From assembly GCA_028714015.1 (NCBI GenBank), contig JAQTNG010000001.1:1-60443 (forward strand): DNA of 60,443 bases. Reading direction: 5' to 3'. Both the position numbers and the translations under genes were made by a program. How positions within the stretch are numbered: the stretch's first letter is position 1; each line of letters begins with the position of its first letter. The stretch is from Elusimicrobiota bacterium. Lineage in GTDB: Bacteria; Elusimicrobiota; Elusimicrobia; UBA1565; UBA9628. The notes under the pieces were generated by a model. It was not told the origin of the DNA. It was given only the letters and a program-made list of their open reading frames with translations, and ran no database searches. Positions 24,635 through 34,224 of this stretch are shown piece by piece.

Positions 24635-26059
24635 TCAGGTCGAGATCACGATGTTGCCCGCGATGACGGAGAAGTAGTTCTGCAGGTCCGTGGGCGCCAC
24701 CTGCTGGTCGCTCGGAGACGCCACGGTGCCGACGAAGATGTTCGTCAGGTAGCCGTTGGGAGCGATCAAGTTCATGGCCGCGATGATCTGTCCGACGAAG
24801 GCGCTCTGGTTGAGCTTGTAAGTCAGTGCCGCGGCCAACGCGTCCGCCAGCACCGTGGTGTTGAAGGTGTCCACGCCGTTGATCGGGTTGATCGTGAAGG
24901 AGATATAGAGGTCTTCGGCGGCGGCCGTGAACCACCAGGCCGTGAAGACGTTCCCGGCCGGGCGCGTGATGCTGTAGCTCTTGAGCGTGCTGCCGGAGGG
25001 CGTGACCGGAGTCACCGTCAGCGTCACGCCGGCAGCCGTGGCGGTGGTGGCGTGGCTGAGGGTGATGCTCGTGGGGGAGTCGATCGAGTCGATGGTCGAG
25101 CCCGCGAAGATCCCGGCGCCGCTGACGGCCTGGCCGACCGCCATGTTCTCCACGTCGGACGCCGGGAGGTTATCGACGGTGGTATTCGTGTGGGTGTCGC
25201 CCGTGGTCGTGAACTCCCGCGTCTGCTGACAGCCCATGCCCTTCTTGGCGTAGATGACCTGCGCGACGTCGGCGTCGGCGACGCTGCCCTGGTTGACGAC
25301 CGTCATGATGCCCGTCGAGAACACTCCGTCGACGATGCCGCCGGTGTCGTTCTCCGGCACGTAGGCGTCCAGGATCCCGGGCACGTTGAGGAGTGCGGCG
25401 CGCAAGGCGTCCGCCGGGCCGACCGCGGCGAGCTGGAAGCTCTGGGCCATGCGCACGCGGAACGCGGAGTCCGTCTCCTCGTTTGTCCCCAGCACGTCGC
25501 TGGAGGTGGACGGATTGTTGACGCTCGTCACGCCCAGCAGGGGCGTCAGGATGGCGGTGATCGTGTTCGCCGACGTGAGGATCTGGCCGATGTCCACGGC
25601 GGCGAACGTGAGCGTCGCGCTGCCCGCCCCGCTGAAGACGTGACTGGCCACGAGCTGGTACTGGTTCCCGGCCTCGTCGGCGACGGTGAAGACGGTGGCC
25701 GAGGGGTTGCTGACGAGGACGTCCTGGCCCGGCAGCGTGACCGCCTGCGAGACGGTCACGAGGACCTGCGCCTGGGTGTAGGTGCCGGCCTGGCGAATCA
25801 GGCCCAGCAACTGGCCCATGTTGTCGAGCTGGACCCCGTAGGCGTTGATGAGGTTGAACATGTTGTAGACGGACTGGAGCAGCTCGAGGTTGTCCTCGAG
25901 CGCCGTCGCGTAGATGTTCATCATCTGCCCGTCGGGGGTGTTCGGGCCGAGGTTGATGTCGGCGCCGTAGATCGACGTGTAGCCGGTGGTGAGCTCCGCC
26001 ACGATGTCGGGCTGCTGTTGGATCGTCAGACCACCGGCCGTCAGGGAGTTGATCGCCAT
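24635..26059 (-). CDS. baseplate J-like protein, 474 aa
   Basis: Size, position, and an N-terminal region typical of gpJ/gp47-type wedge proteins (by eye). Confidence 0.75.
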   Translation of the reverse strand: MAINSLTAGGLTIQQQPDIVAELTTGYTSIYGADINLGPNTPDGQMMNIYATALEDNLELLQSVYNMFNLINAYGVQLDNMGQLLGLIRQAGTYTQAQVLVTVSQAVTLPGQDVLVSNPSATVFTVADEAGNQYQLVASHVFSGAGSATLTFAAVDIGQILTSANTITAILTPLLGVTSVNNPSTSSDVLGTNEETDSAFRVRMAQSFQLAAVGPADALRAALLNVPGILDAYVPENDTGGIVDGVFSTGIMTVVNQGSVADADVAQVIYAKKGMGCQQTREFTTTGDTHTNTTVDNLPASDVENMAVGQAVSGAGIFAGSTIDSIDSPTSITLSHATTATAAGVTLTVTPVTPSGSTLKSYSITRPAGNVFTAWWFTAAAEDLYISFTINPINGVDTFNTTVLADALAAALTYKLNQSAFVGQIIAAMNLIAPNGYLTNIFVGTVASPSDQQVAPTDLQNYFSVIAGNIVIST

Positions 26060-26063
26060 GTCG

Positions 26064-26438
26064 TTAGGTTCCTCGGAGTGGGGTCGGGATCAGCAGCGAC
26101 GCGGGCTGGTCCGGCGGCACGAAGATCGTGGCGATCTCGCACGAGATCGACTCCACGCGCGTGGCGCCGGTGAACTGCCCGGAGATCGACAAGACGCCGA
26201 CGACGCCGTAGCAGCCCGCGATGATCTGCTTGATTTCCTGCACCAGGTTGTTCTGCTGACCGACGTCGAGGCGGTTGTACCAGTCGACGCCGAAGGCCAG
26301 GTCGTAGTAGCAGTCGCCGACCCAGCTCTGCACGGTCGTCACGATGTTCTGCTCGATGGCGGCCTCGCCCCGCAGATAATTCTGCTGGCCGCTCCCGTAG
26401 GTCCAGTCGCCGGTGGAGTCGAGCGCTCGGGTGATCAT
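26064..26438 (-). CDS. baseplate wedge protein (gp25/W-like), 124 aa
   Basis: AIEQNIVTTVQSWVGDCYYDLAFGVDW resembles the gp25 core. Position is upstream of the J-like gene. Confidence 0.6.
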   Translation of the reverse strand: MITRALDSTGDWTYGSGQQNYLRGEAAIEQNIVTTVQSWVGDCYYDLAFGVDWYNRLDVGQQNNLVQEIKQIIAGCYGVVGVLSISGQFTGATRVESISCEIATIFVPPDQPASLLIPTPLRGT

Positions 26439-26442
26439 GGGC

Positions 26443-27135
26443 TTAGTATAGCAGCGCTCCCAGGGCCGTCGTCACGGCCGCGATGGCCGTCGCGTTCGCC
26501 GCGGCCGCGGCCTGCGGCGTGCCCGCCGTGATGCTGGCCGACGTCATCGCGGCGATCGCGGCGTTCAGTGTGTTGAGCGCGGTCACGAGGTTGTTCAACG
26601 TGGTCAGCAGGCTGCCGCCCGCGTTCTGGATGGTGATCTTCCCGCCGGAGAGACCGACCTTGGTCGTGCCCGCCTTGTCGATCAGGCGCGCCTCGCTCGA
26701 GGACGGCGCCGGGCTGAGTGGGCTGGCCAGGGCGTTGAGGCCGACGATGGCGATCGCGTCCGAGAGGGCGTGCAGACGGCCGTCCGCGGGCGGCATGACG
26801 CCCCCGGCCGTGTACCAGTTGTCGATGTTCCGGTCCGCGAACAAGACGAGCGCCGTGTCGCCGACTTCGATCGGAAACTGCAGCGAGTAGCCGCCGCCCT
26901 GGGGCGTGACGACGGGGCAGTCCGTCAACACCGGCACGTTCTGGTAGGCGCCGCTGCGCAGCTGCTGCTGGAAGACGACCTGCACGGAGGCCGTCATCGT
27001 GGTGTAGTCGATCGCCTGGATCGTGCCGATCTTGACGCAGTTCAGCTCGATCTTCAGCTTGCGGCCGAAGACCTGGAACAGGTCCTCGAGCTTCGGCTCG
27101 ACGACCGTCAGCCCGGACCCGAGGACAGCGCCCAT
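26443..27135 (-). CDS. baseplate central spike / gpV-Gp138-like protein, 230 aa
   Basis: GTIQAIDY..ASVQV..PVLTDCPVVTPQGGGYSLQFPIEVGDTALVLFADRNIDNW. ATG overlaps the upstream TAA (TAATG). Confidence 0.7.
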   Translation of the reverse strand: MGAVLGSGLTVVEPKLEDLFQVFGRKLKIELNCVKIGTIQAIDYTTMTASVQVVFQQQLRSGAYQNVPVLTDCPVVTPQGGGYSLQFPIEVGDTALVLFADRNIDNWYTAGGVMPPADGRLHALSDAIAIVGLNALASPLSPAPSSSEARLIDKAGTTKVGLSGGKITIQNAGGSLLTTLNNLVTALNTLNAAIAAMTSASITAGTPQAAAAANATAIAAVTTALGALLY

Positions 27136-28076
27136 TAGGTGCCCCCCTGCGGCGTGGTCGGCGTGGCCGGGTTCCACAGCGTCGGCGTCGTGGTGCAGTC
27201 GCCCTCGACGCCGTCGGAAATGATGCCCCGGTGCGAGAGGCCCTGCAGCACGTAGCTGCCGTTGTTCTCGGGCTCCTCGCTGACGAGACTGAGGTTTTGG
27301 CCGACCAGCAGCCGCGGCTCGAAGACCATGTCGAAGGCGACGCGGAACTGCTGCTTGATGGGCGTGTTCAGCAGGCCGTACTGGGTGCTGACATGGTTGA
27401 GGCCGGCGGTGAGTCCCGGGACCGCTTGGCCCTTCGGCACCATGTAGAGGACGCCCAAGTCGATGAAGACGTCGGCCTGCGCGTAGTTCGCCAGCTCGCA
27501 GAGGATGTCCCACGGCTTGCCGGAGTAGGCGGCCCCGCGGGACACGTTCGCGGTGATCCGCGGGGAGATATAGACGGCGCGCAGATTCGCCATGGACTTG
27601 GCGATCTGGGTGACGCGTTGGTTGAAGGTGACGCCCTTCGAGAACGGCACGTTGATGTAGGCGTTCGCCTGGTCGTAGCCGCCGTCCCAGCCCGTCATGG
27701 TCGTGACCCAGGAAGGGCCGACGCGCGTCGAGTAGGCCTGGAACAGCTGCCCGCGCGCGATCGTGGGGAACGCCTGCGGGGTCTGCGGGCCGTAGCCGGA
27801 CTGCCAGGAGGCGTAGCCGGCGTTCACTATGATGGGCCGCGGCGTCGCCAGCCAGTTGTTCTGGTCGAGGTAGAGGTCGCTGCGCGCCTGCACGCCCAGG
27901 TTGTAGACCTTGAAGGTGAACCGCGAGACGCTCTGGAAGATGGCGCGCTCGACGTCGAGCTCCAGGGTGAGCGGGGACGTGATCGTCCACAGGCGCGTGG
28001 CGCCCTGGACCTGCATCCAGAACTGGCGCAGCCACTTGGCCTGGGGGACCGGGAGGGCCGCGGTCGCCGGAGGCAT
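27135..28076 (-). CDS. baseplate hub-type protein, 313 aa
   Basis: Position between the tape measure group and the spike. Clean ORF. Confidence 0.6.
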   Translation of the reverse strand: MPPATAALPVPQAKWLRQFWMQVQGATRLWTITSPLTLELDVERAIFQSVSRFTFKVYNLGVQARSDLYLDQNNWLATPRPIIVNAGYASWQSGYGPQTPQAFPTIARGQLFQAYSTRVGPSWVTTMTGWDGGYDQANAYINVPFSKGVTFNQRVTQIAKSMANLRAVYISPRITANVSRGAAYSGKPWDILCELANYAQADVFIDLGVLYMVPKGQAVPGLTAGLNHVSTQYGLLNTPIKQQFRVAFDMVFEPRLLVGQNLSLVSEEPENNGSYVLQGLSHRGIISDGVEGDCTTTPTLWNPATPTTPQGGT

Positions 28077-28462
28077 TAAGCCCCCCCCGCGGCCAGCCGG
28101 GCGGCCGCCAGCACGTTCTGGAAGACCTGCGCCTCAACGGTCAGCACGTCGGTCTCGTCGAGGATGTAGAGGGTCGCGTAGCCGTTGATGAAGTCCTGCA
28201 CGCCGACCGGATCCTGGCCGTTGAGCGTCACGCAGGCGAAGCCGAACGGCACGAGGTTCTGCCAGGGGCGTAGCAGGTTCGGGTAGGTCACGAGGCCGTC
28301 GCCCAGCGGGCCGCCTTGGGGCAGCGCGGGGTGGAGGAAGTCGAAGAACCAGCGCGGCGTCGACGCGCGGTAGTAGAGGTTGAGCGTGCCCGTCGAGCCG
28401 TCCGGCATCTGCAGGGTCGTGGTCTGGAAGGCCGCGTCGGACAGCTGGTTGATGGCGTACAT
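28076..28462 (-). CDS. tail/baseplate protein, 128 aa
   Basis: Clean ORF with TAATG coupling to the next gene. Confidence 0.65.
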   Translation of the reverse strand: MYAINQLSDAAFQTTTLQMPDGSTGTLNLYYRASTPRWFFDFLHPALPQGGPLGDGLVTYPNLLRPWQNLVPFGFACVTLNGQDPVGVQDFINGYATLYILDETDVLTVEAQVFQNVLAAARLAAGGA

Positions 28463-28463
28463 G

Positions 28464-29354
28464 TTACTGGAACGCTCCGGTCACAGCCGAGACGGGCATC
28501 GGCGCGCCCTGCGCGGTGCCGACGACGCTGGTCGGCTGGTTCTGCAGGCCGGCGCGGCCCTGCGAGTTGGCCTTGACGGCCTGAGGCGTCAGCGCCGAGG
28601 CCACGGGGATCGTGCGGATCTGCTTGACGCTGACCGTGAACTCGCTCTTGCTGGTCGTGTCGCCGCTCTGGTGCGCGCGGATGTTCGTGATCATCACGTT
28701 CTGGACCTGGACCCAGGGCATCATGAGCGTAAACGTTTGCCGCGAGAGGGCGGCCGACATGAGCGTGGCCAGGGCGTTCTGCTGGCGCGTGGCGCCCGCG
28801 GGCTTGAACATGTTGAGGATGTTCTGCGCCTGCTGGGCGTACTGCGAGATTTCCTGCACGTAGTTCTGGCCCGTGCTGATGGCGCCCGTCACCTTGCCCG
28901 CGATCGCCTGGACGGTCCCCGGGGTGTACTTGCCCGCGTAGGCCGACACGGTCGCCAGCTTCTGCTCGAGCTGGCGCAGCGCGCCGCCGATGCCGCTGTT
29001 CGGGTTGGGGATGACGTACTCGCCGACGAAGCCCGAGAGGGACCCGCGGATCGGGCTGATGGCGGCGTGGTCCTGGATCGACGAGTTGTCCTCGGCCCAG
29101 TGGTCGGTCGCGTCGATGTCCAGCTCGAGGTCGTCCTCGCCGTAGAAGTCGAAGGCGAAGCCGGACAGCTGGGACTTCGGGTTGTTCGGCTGCGAGAACG
29201 GGCCGGCGCCCTTGGGGAACAGGAAGTTCAAGCCCGTCAGGTTCGACAGGTAGCTCGTCAGCGGGCTCGTCTGCCCGGAGATCAGCCCCTTGATGTTCGA
29301 GACGTTGCCCGTGGCCGCCTGCGCCGCGCCTCCCGTGAAATCGGTGACTCCCAT
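28464..29354 (-). CDS. tail protein downstream of tape measure (DNA-circulation-like position), 296 aa
   Basis: Clean ORF. Functional class from position only. Confidence 0.65.
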   Translation of the reverse strand: MGVTDFTGGAAQAATGNVSNIKGLISGQTSPLTSYLSNLTGLNFLFPKGAGPFSQPNNPKSQLSGFAFDFYGEDDLELDIDATDHWAEDNSSIQDHAAISPIRGSLSGFVGEYVIPNPNSGIGGALRQLEQKLATVSAYAGKYTPGTVQAIAGKVTGAISTGQNYVQEISQYAQQAQNILNMFKPAGATRQQNALATLMSAALSRQTFTLMMPWVQVQNVMITNIRAHQSGDTTSKSEFTVSVKQIRTIPVASALTPQAVKANSQGRAGLQNQPTSVVGTAQGAPMPVSAVTGAFQ

Positions 29355-29356
29355 GG

Positions 29357-30448
29357 TTATTGCCCCACCGGGTTGTTGATCGCCGTGTGCATGGCGTAGT
29401 CGCGCTTCGTCTTTTCGGACGCCTGGGCGGCCGCGCGCTTCACGGCCCCCGCGATCTTGTGGTCCTCGACGCCGTAGACGTTGATCTCCGTCTCCTGCTT
29501 GATGCTCGTGCCTCCGGCCTGGTGCGGCGCCAGCATGGACGACAGCACGCCAGGATGCAGGGACGACGACACGTAGGGCGACAGCGGCAGCACGCCTCGA
29601 TGCCGGGCCAAGGCATCCGCGGAGTGGAGCTTCTGCTCGGCGGCCGTTTCGTAGTAGGTCGCCTGCAGCCTGCCCTTAAAGGCGGCGGCCAGCCCCTCGA
29701 CGGTGCGGAGTGGGTGCGTGATGTTCGACAGGCCCCCGGCGCTCGTCAAAAACCATTCGGAGATCGGCAGCAGCTCCTCGACGAGCGGGCCGATCGCCTT
29801 GTAGGCCAAGAACTCCAGGTTGCGAGACAGCACGCCCAGGGACTCGTTGACCTTGGTCAGGGCCTCGACCTCGGGGCTGCGCATGACCGTGCCCGCTCCG
29901 GTTTTTTTCCCGGCCAGGATGTACTGGAGCATTTCGGGGGCGACGCCCATCTGGCCGAGGAGCGAGCTGGCCATCGCGCGCCCCATCTGTCCGTGGGCCT
30001 TCACGAATTGCGGGACCTTCTTAAAAAGCTGGTCCATCATCTGGTCGGAGTTGGTGCCGGGGTGGACGTTCAGCCCGAAGAAGCCTGCGGCTTCGAGGAA
30101 TCCTGCGTTGATCTGGCCCAAGTTGAGGCCCGCCAGGTTCTGCTGCAGGCCGAGGACCGACGCGCGCATCTTGTCGACGCCGACGTTCGCGGCCACTCCC
30201 GCGTACTCCATGCGCTGCAGCTGCGTGGCGTTGATGCCGTAGACCTCGCCCAGCATGTGGTATTCGCTGGCGGTGGCGACGGCGCTGGTTCCGAGGTTGT
30301 AGAGGGCACGGGTCAGCCCCGCCAGCGTGGCGATCTCGGCGATCGTCGAGAGGCGCATTTCGCCCAAAGTCGTGTTGACCACGTCGAGCGTGGCCTTCTC
30401 GAAGTTGACCTTGAAGTCGGCGTACAGCTCCGCGACCTTGTTCGGCAT
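29357..30448 (-). CDS. tape measure protein (short), 363 aa
   Basis: Follows the G/GT chaperone pair. Helical Ala/Leu/Gly-rich sequence. Confidence 0.7.
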   Translation of the reverse strand: MPNKVAELYADFKVNFEKATLDVVNTTLGEMRLSTIAEIATLAGLTRALYNLGTSAVATASEYHMLGEVYGINATQLQRMEYAGVAANVGVDKMRASVLGLQQNLAGLNLGQINAGFLEAAGFFGLNVHPGTNSDQMMDQLFKKVPQFVKAHGQMGRAMASSLLGQMGVAPEMLQYILAGKKTGAGTVMRSPEVEALTKVNESLGVLSRNLEFLAYKAIGPLVEELLPISEWFLTSAGGLSNITHPLRTVEGLAAAFKGRLQATYYETAAEQKLHSADALARHRGVLPLSPYVSSSLHPGVLSSMLAPHQAGGTSIKQETEINVYGVEDHKIAGAVKRAAAQASEKTKRDYAMHTAINNPVGQ

Positions 30449-30454
30449 GTTCCT

Positions 30455-31032
30455 CTATCCGTGCCCCGCCAGCGCCCTCTGCAGTTCGTAGTCCGCGGCT
30501 TCGTACTCGCCGCAGAAGTCCTCGTACTCCATTTGTGCCAGCACCTCGTCCAACGGGGCCCGCTTGACGGCGCCGGGATCTCCGCCCCAGTACCCCGCGC
30601 GGGCCAGTTTGCAGGCCACGACGGTCGCCTCGTCCGCCAGGACCTCGACGGCCGGCCTCAGGCGGCCGGAGACGGGGTGCTTGACGCGGAAGAGGCGACC
30701 GGAAAAAAACGCGACGTGTTGTAGTGGACGATCGCGTCGAAGACCTCCAGGAGGTCGCGGCTGGCCGACTCGCCCGCCTTCGGGTCGTCGTAGAGCGCCG
30801 CCTCGAGCTTGCGCCCGTTGTACGTCGCCTTCTCGGCGCAGCGCAGGTAGCAGGCGTAGACCTCGGCGTCGCCGAACAGGCGCAGGGTCGTCTCCGACCC
30901 TTCCGCCCCGAACAGCTTCAGGTCCAGCATGACCTTGTTGACCGCCTTCGTCAGCGCCAGTCCGTCCTCGAACGCGGCGTGCGACAGAAACAACGTCGCG
31001 CCGCCCTTCGTCTTGAGCTCTTTCCCGGCCAT
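30455..31032 (-). CDS. tail assembly chaperone GT-like fusion made by a -1 frameshift
   Basis: After slipping on T-TTT-TTT (30709-30703), the -1 frame stays open for about 84 codons (..VLADEATVVACKLARAGYWGG..YELQRALAGHG). It ends at TAG 30457-30455, 6 nt before the tape measure ATG. Confidence 0.65.
30658..31032 (-). CDS. tail assembly chaperone G-like, 124 aa
   Basis: Lies between tube and tape measure. The zero-frame product ends at TGA 30658. Confidence 0.75.
   Translation of the reverse strand: MAGKELKTKGGATLFLSHAAFEDGLALTKAVNKVMLDLKLFGAEGSETTLRLFGDAEVYACYLRCAEKATYNGRKLEAALYDDPKAGESASRDLLEVFDAIVHYNTSRFFPVASSASSTPSPAA
30703..30709 (-). promoter_or_regulatory. slippery heptamer for programmed -1 frameshift
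   Basis: CGT-TTT-TTT-CCG in the zero frame, fitting X-XXY-YYZ as T-TTT-TTT. Confidence 0.6.
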
Positions 31033-31070
31033 CGTGTGCCCTCCCCCCTTTGAATTTGACTCCGACAGGA

Positions 31071-31523
31071 CTACAGGATCAGCCGCAGCCAGTTGGCGAA
31101 CCGGAGCTTGTAGACGGAGACCGTCTGCTCGATGTTGCCGCCGGTCGAGATCATCATCGGGATGCCGCGCAGGAAGGCGCCCCCGTTGAGCTGGACCTGG
31201 ACCGACGTCACCTTGCCCGTCTGGTCGGCGAAGTTCTTGGTCAGCACGCCCGAAATGATCGTCGGCGAGCCGCCAGTCTGCTGCGCCAGCAGGCTGTTCA
31301 GGTACTGGTCATCGTCCGCGGCCATGACGAGGCGCACGTCGAGGTCGGCGATCAGGCCCTTCTGGTTGATGGCCAGCAGGCCGTTGCCCTGCTTGTCCAC
31401 GTCGACCATGATGAGCTCGTTCGGGAACTCCAGCTTGCCGCAGTCCTCGTTGGCGAACGTCGAGATCACTTGGTTGTTGAGGCGCAGAGTGTCGCTCTGC
31501 GCGAGGCTCGTCGAGAATCCCAT
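31071..31523 (-). CDS. tail tube protein, 150 aa
   Basis: Strong SD AAGGAGA. Immediately downstream of the sheath gene and of typical size. Confidence 0.75.
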   Translation of the reverse strand: MGFSTSLAQSDTLRLNNQVISTFANEDCGKLEFPNELIMVDVDKQGNGLLAINQKGLIADLDVRLVMAADDDQYLNSLLAQQTGGSPTIISGVLTKNFADQTGKVTSVQVQLNGGAFLRGIPMMISTGGNIEQTVSVYKLRFANWLRLIL

Positions 31524-31537
31524 GGTCGATATCTCCT

Positions 31538-32731
31538 TTATCCCAGCGCCACGTTGATGATGACCGCCGCGGACTGGACGGCTCCCGCGGCGAGGACAGC
31601 GATCTGAATCGGGGGCGCCTGGCGCGTGGCGAGCTGCGCCTGGGTGAGCTGCGCCACCGGCGTCGAGTAAACGTAGAAGCCCGTCTGCGCGATGTTGCGC
31701 AGGAAGCTCGCCTGGTCGCCGAAAGTCGCGGCGCCCTCGGGCCACGCGCCCGGCGCGATGAAGCCGTTCGAGACGGCCTGGTTGAGCGGCACCTTCATCG
31801 CGTCCTTGAGCTGGCCGATCCCGGCCTCGGTCAGCGGCAGCTTGTTCGCCTGGCCCACGATCTCGTCGACGCCGGCGATCTGGACGGCGAGCGCCAGCCA
31901 GTCGTCGTTGTAGACCATGTCCGAGAACTGGTTCGCGCCGCTGATGTAGAGGCCGATCACGGACGAAATGTTCGGGTAGATGTCGACGCCCGCTGCCTGC
32001 GCCGCGGTCAGCTGCGAGTTGGTCAGGCTACCGTCGGCCGGGATGCCCTTCAGGTTCTTGTAGGCCATCGTCAGCGTCGAGTTCGACGCCAGGAAGTTGA
32101 CCGACAACATCCGGCCCGCATAGGCGGCCGCGAACATCTGCGTCTGCTGGGCGGCGGCGCCGTTGACCAGGACGTCGGACTCCCCGTAGTAGGTGCAGCG
32201 CGTGTGGACCTCGCCGGCCTGGCGGACCAGGTCGAGCGGGCTGCCCGGGTTGAGGTCATTGGCGTCCGAGGACGCGTAGAAGAACAGGCAGCCGCTCGTC
32301 TCGATGTACGTCGCCAACGTGGCGAACGCGGTCGGGTCGGAGGTCGCCAGCTCCTCGTCGATGAGGACGCCGTAGAAGTAGACGAGGGCCAGGCCGCGGG
32401 CGACGGCGGCCGGGATCGTCTCCAGCGACGGGCTCGTCAGGCGCGGCAGGACGACCAGATAGGCGCCCGGCACCGCGAAGATGTTCGGGCTCTGGGCGTA
32501 GAGCTGGGACGCGATCGCGTAGGTGTTGGAGTCGATGCCGAAGTCCGCGGCGATCTGGGCGAGGCCGGAGCTGTTGTAGGTGGCGTACTCCTGGCCAGCG
32601 GCCCAGCCCGCCGGCGTGGCGTCCTGGGTGACGATGCAGACGGTGGACTGATTCGGCACGCCGGGCACGAGGGCCGGCGGGACGAGAGTGACCTGAGTGA
32701 TCAGCGACAGGGGGAACACAGATCCAGCCAT
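31538..32731 (-). CDS. tail sheath protein (DUF3383-like), 397 aa
   Basis: Size and position upstream of tube and chaperones. Family call is by resemblance only. Confidence 0.75.
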   Translation of the reverse strand: MAGSVFPLSLITQVTLVPPALVPGVPNQSTVCIVTQDATPAGWAAGQEYATYNSSGLAQIAADFGIDSNTYAIASQLYAQSPNIFAVPGAYLVVLPRLTSPSLETIPAAVARGLALVYFYGVLIDEELATSDPTAFATLATYIETSGCLFFYASSDANDLNPGSPLDLVRQAGEVHTRCTYYGESDVLVNGAAAQQTQMFAAAYAGRMLSVNFLASNSTLTMAYKNLKGIPADGSLTNSQLTAAQAAGVDIYPNISSVIGLYISGANQFSDMVYNDDWLALAVQIAGVDEIVGQANKLPLTEAGIGQLKDAMKVPLNQAVSNGFIAPGAWPEGAATFGDQASFLRNIAQTGFYVYSTPVAQLTQAQLATRQAPPIQIAVLAAGAVQSAAVIINVALG

Positions 32732-32732
32732 G

Positions 32733-33317
32733 TTATGGGGCCTCCAGGGGAATGTTGCGCGTCCGCGTCTTGCTGCTGCCCTTCTGCCCCGTCGTCAGGG
32801 TCGTGGTGAACGAGTCGAACAAGCTCGTCGGGAGCGTGCGCTTCTCGAGCGAGAACACCGCCGTGCGCAGAGTATAGCGGTTCAGCATGCCGCCCGGCTC
32901 GAGCTTGCTGGTGTCCGTCATCGGCCCTTGGAGCGGCGGCAGGCCGACGCCGTAGCGCGCGGAGTAGTTGCGCGCGTAGAACGACTGCAGCGACATCGGG
33001 ACCTCCCAGCGCCGCAGGCGCGCCGAGTTGTCCGGGATGATGCTCATGAGGTCCACCTGGATTTCGTGGTGGTTCAGCAGCTCCTGCACCTCGCTGTTCG
33101 TCGCGGGGTCGAGGTAGCTGCGCGCCGCCACCTGCTCGGCGGGGCCCAGGTAGCTGACGACCACGAACAGCCCGTCCTTGGGCACCTGCCAGCGCTCGTA
33201 GTCCAGCATGACGCGGCCCGCGGGCAGGTTCATGCCCTGCGCGATGCACTGGGCCACGACCTTGGCGGCCTCGACCGGGGCGGTGGGCGGCGTCGACTGG
33301 CGGGCGATCGGGCTCAC
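32733..33317 (-). CDS. neck/tail completion protein, 194 aa
   Basis: GTG 33317 overlaps the upstream TGA (GTGA). The upstream portion of the track ORF is Arg-rich. Confidence 0.6.
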   Translation of the reverse strand: MSPIARQSTPPTAPVEAAKVVAQCIAQGMNLPAGRVMLDYERWQVPKDGLFVVVSYLGPAEQVAARSYLDPATNSEVQELLNHHEIQVDLMSIIPDNSARLRRWEVPMSLQSFYARNYSARYGVGLPPLQGPMTDTSKLEPGGMLNRYTLRTAVFSLEKRTLPTSLFDSFTTTLTTGQKGSSKTRTRNIPLEAP

Positions 33318-33697
33318 GAGGAGGCCTCCGCGGCGAAGTCCTCGGCGGCCTCGCCGGCGCTGCCCGCCGTCGGGCACTCCTGCAGCAGATACACGTTGTA
33401 CGAGCCCCACGGCTCGACGCTGACGACGCGATACTGCGCCTTGTCGTCCGTCTCGACGTAGTAGTCGTTGCGCAGGCTCGTGTCGGAGGAGTAGAACGTC
33501 AGGTAGCGCCACTGGCGCTCGCCCTCGGGCAGCAAGAGCAGCTTGCGCGGCTCGGTCGGCACCTGGACGCCGTAGACCGTCTGGAAGCGCGTGATCGTCT
33601 CGCGCGCCTCGAAGTCCTGGGCGGACTTGGCGATGACGGCGACGCTCAAGGGGTCGCCGAGGCCCTGCAGGGCGCTGTCCACGTTCGGGAGGCTCAT
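33314..33697 (-). CDS. head-tail joining protein, 127 aa
   Basis: Clean ORF with ATGA coupling. Confidence 0.7.
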   Translation of the reverse strand: MSLPNVDSALQGLGDPLSVAVIAKSAQDFEARETITRFQTVYGVQVPTEPRKLLLLPEGERQWRYLTFYSSDTSLRNDYYVETDDKAQYRVVSVEPWGSYNVYLLQECPTAGSAGEAAEDFAAEASS

Positions 33698-34224
33698 CGG
33701 CCGACCACCTTGAAAGAGATGGAGTGCCTGAGCTCGCCCAGGTCGATCAGCGGCTTGGTGCCCATGCGCGGCGACACCTTGCGCGTGCGGCGCCGCAGGA
33801 GCGTCTCCTTGGCCAGCGGCTTCCAGCCGGGGCCCGAGGCGTCGAAGGCGTCCTGCACGGCCGCCACGAGGCCAGCCCCGATCTTCCCGTAGAACGAGTC
33901 GGGGGCGTTCACGTTCTGGCCGCGCTCCAGCTCGCGCTGCAGGCCCTCGGCCGCTTCGGCGATGATGCGCTTCTTGGCCTTGGCCGACCGCAGGGGCTTG
34001 TGCAGGAAGGACCGCGGCGGGATGCCGCGCGTGAACGAGCCGAACTCCTGCAGCGCCCCGATCTCGGCGTTCGTCGGCGTTTCGGCCCGGCCCTCGGTCT
34101 TGTGCTTGCGCGCCATCTTCGGGCCCGCCAGGATCCCGACGCGGACGATCCGGGGGCTCTGGTTAAAGAGCGCGCCCAGGCGCTTCAGGCCGTCGTCGTT
34201 GTAGCGCACCGTGCTGCCGGACAT
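33694..34224 (-). CDS. HK97 gp10-like head-tail connector protein, 176 aa
   Basis: C-terminal LIDLGELRHSISFKVV is typical of the gp10 family. Position fits. Confidence 0.7.
   Translation of the reverse strand: MSGSTVRYNDDGLKRLGALFNQSPRIVRVGILAGPKMARKHKTEGRAETPTNAEIGALQEFGSFTRGIPPRSFLHKPLRSAKAKKRIIAEAAEGLQRELERGQNVNAPDSFYGKIGAGLVAAVQDAFDASGPGWKPLAKETLLRRRTRKVSPRMGTKPLIDLGELRHSISFKVVGR

Noticed and set aside
21938-26173. A 1411-aa plus-strand ORF, the longest in the track.
   Set aside because: The translation is overwhelmingly Arg/Ala/Gly/Val/Asp and has no recognisable motif. It lies exactly antisense to a well-supported run of fibre and baseplate genes. This is the classic GC-rich shadow ORF.
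29902-29908. Other homopolymer runs considered as additional frameshift sites: T7 at 29902-29908 in the tape measure gene, T7 at 50139-50145 in the radical-SAM gene and A8 at 50761-50768 at the HAD gene end.
   Set aside because: By inspection the shifted frames close quickly or lead into Arg-rich shadow sequence. No downstream gene arrangement requires a fusion.
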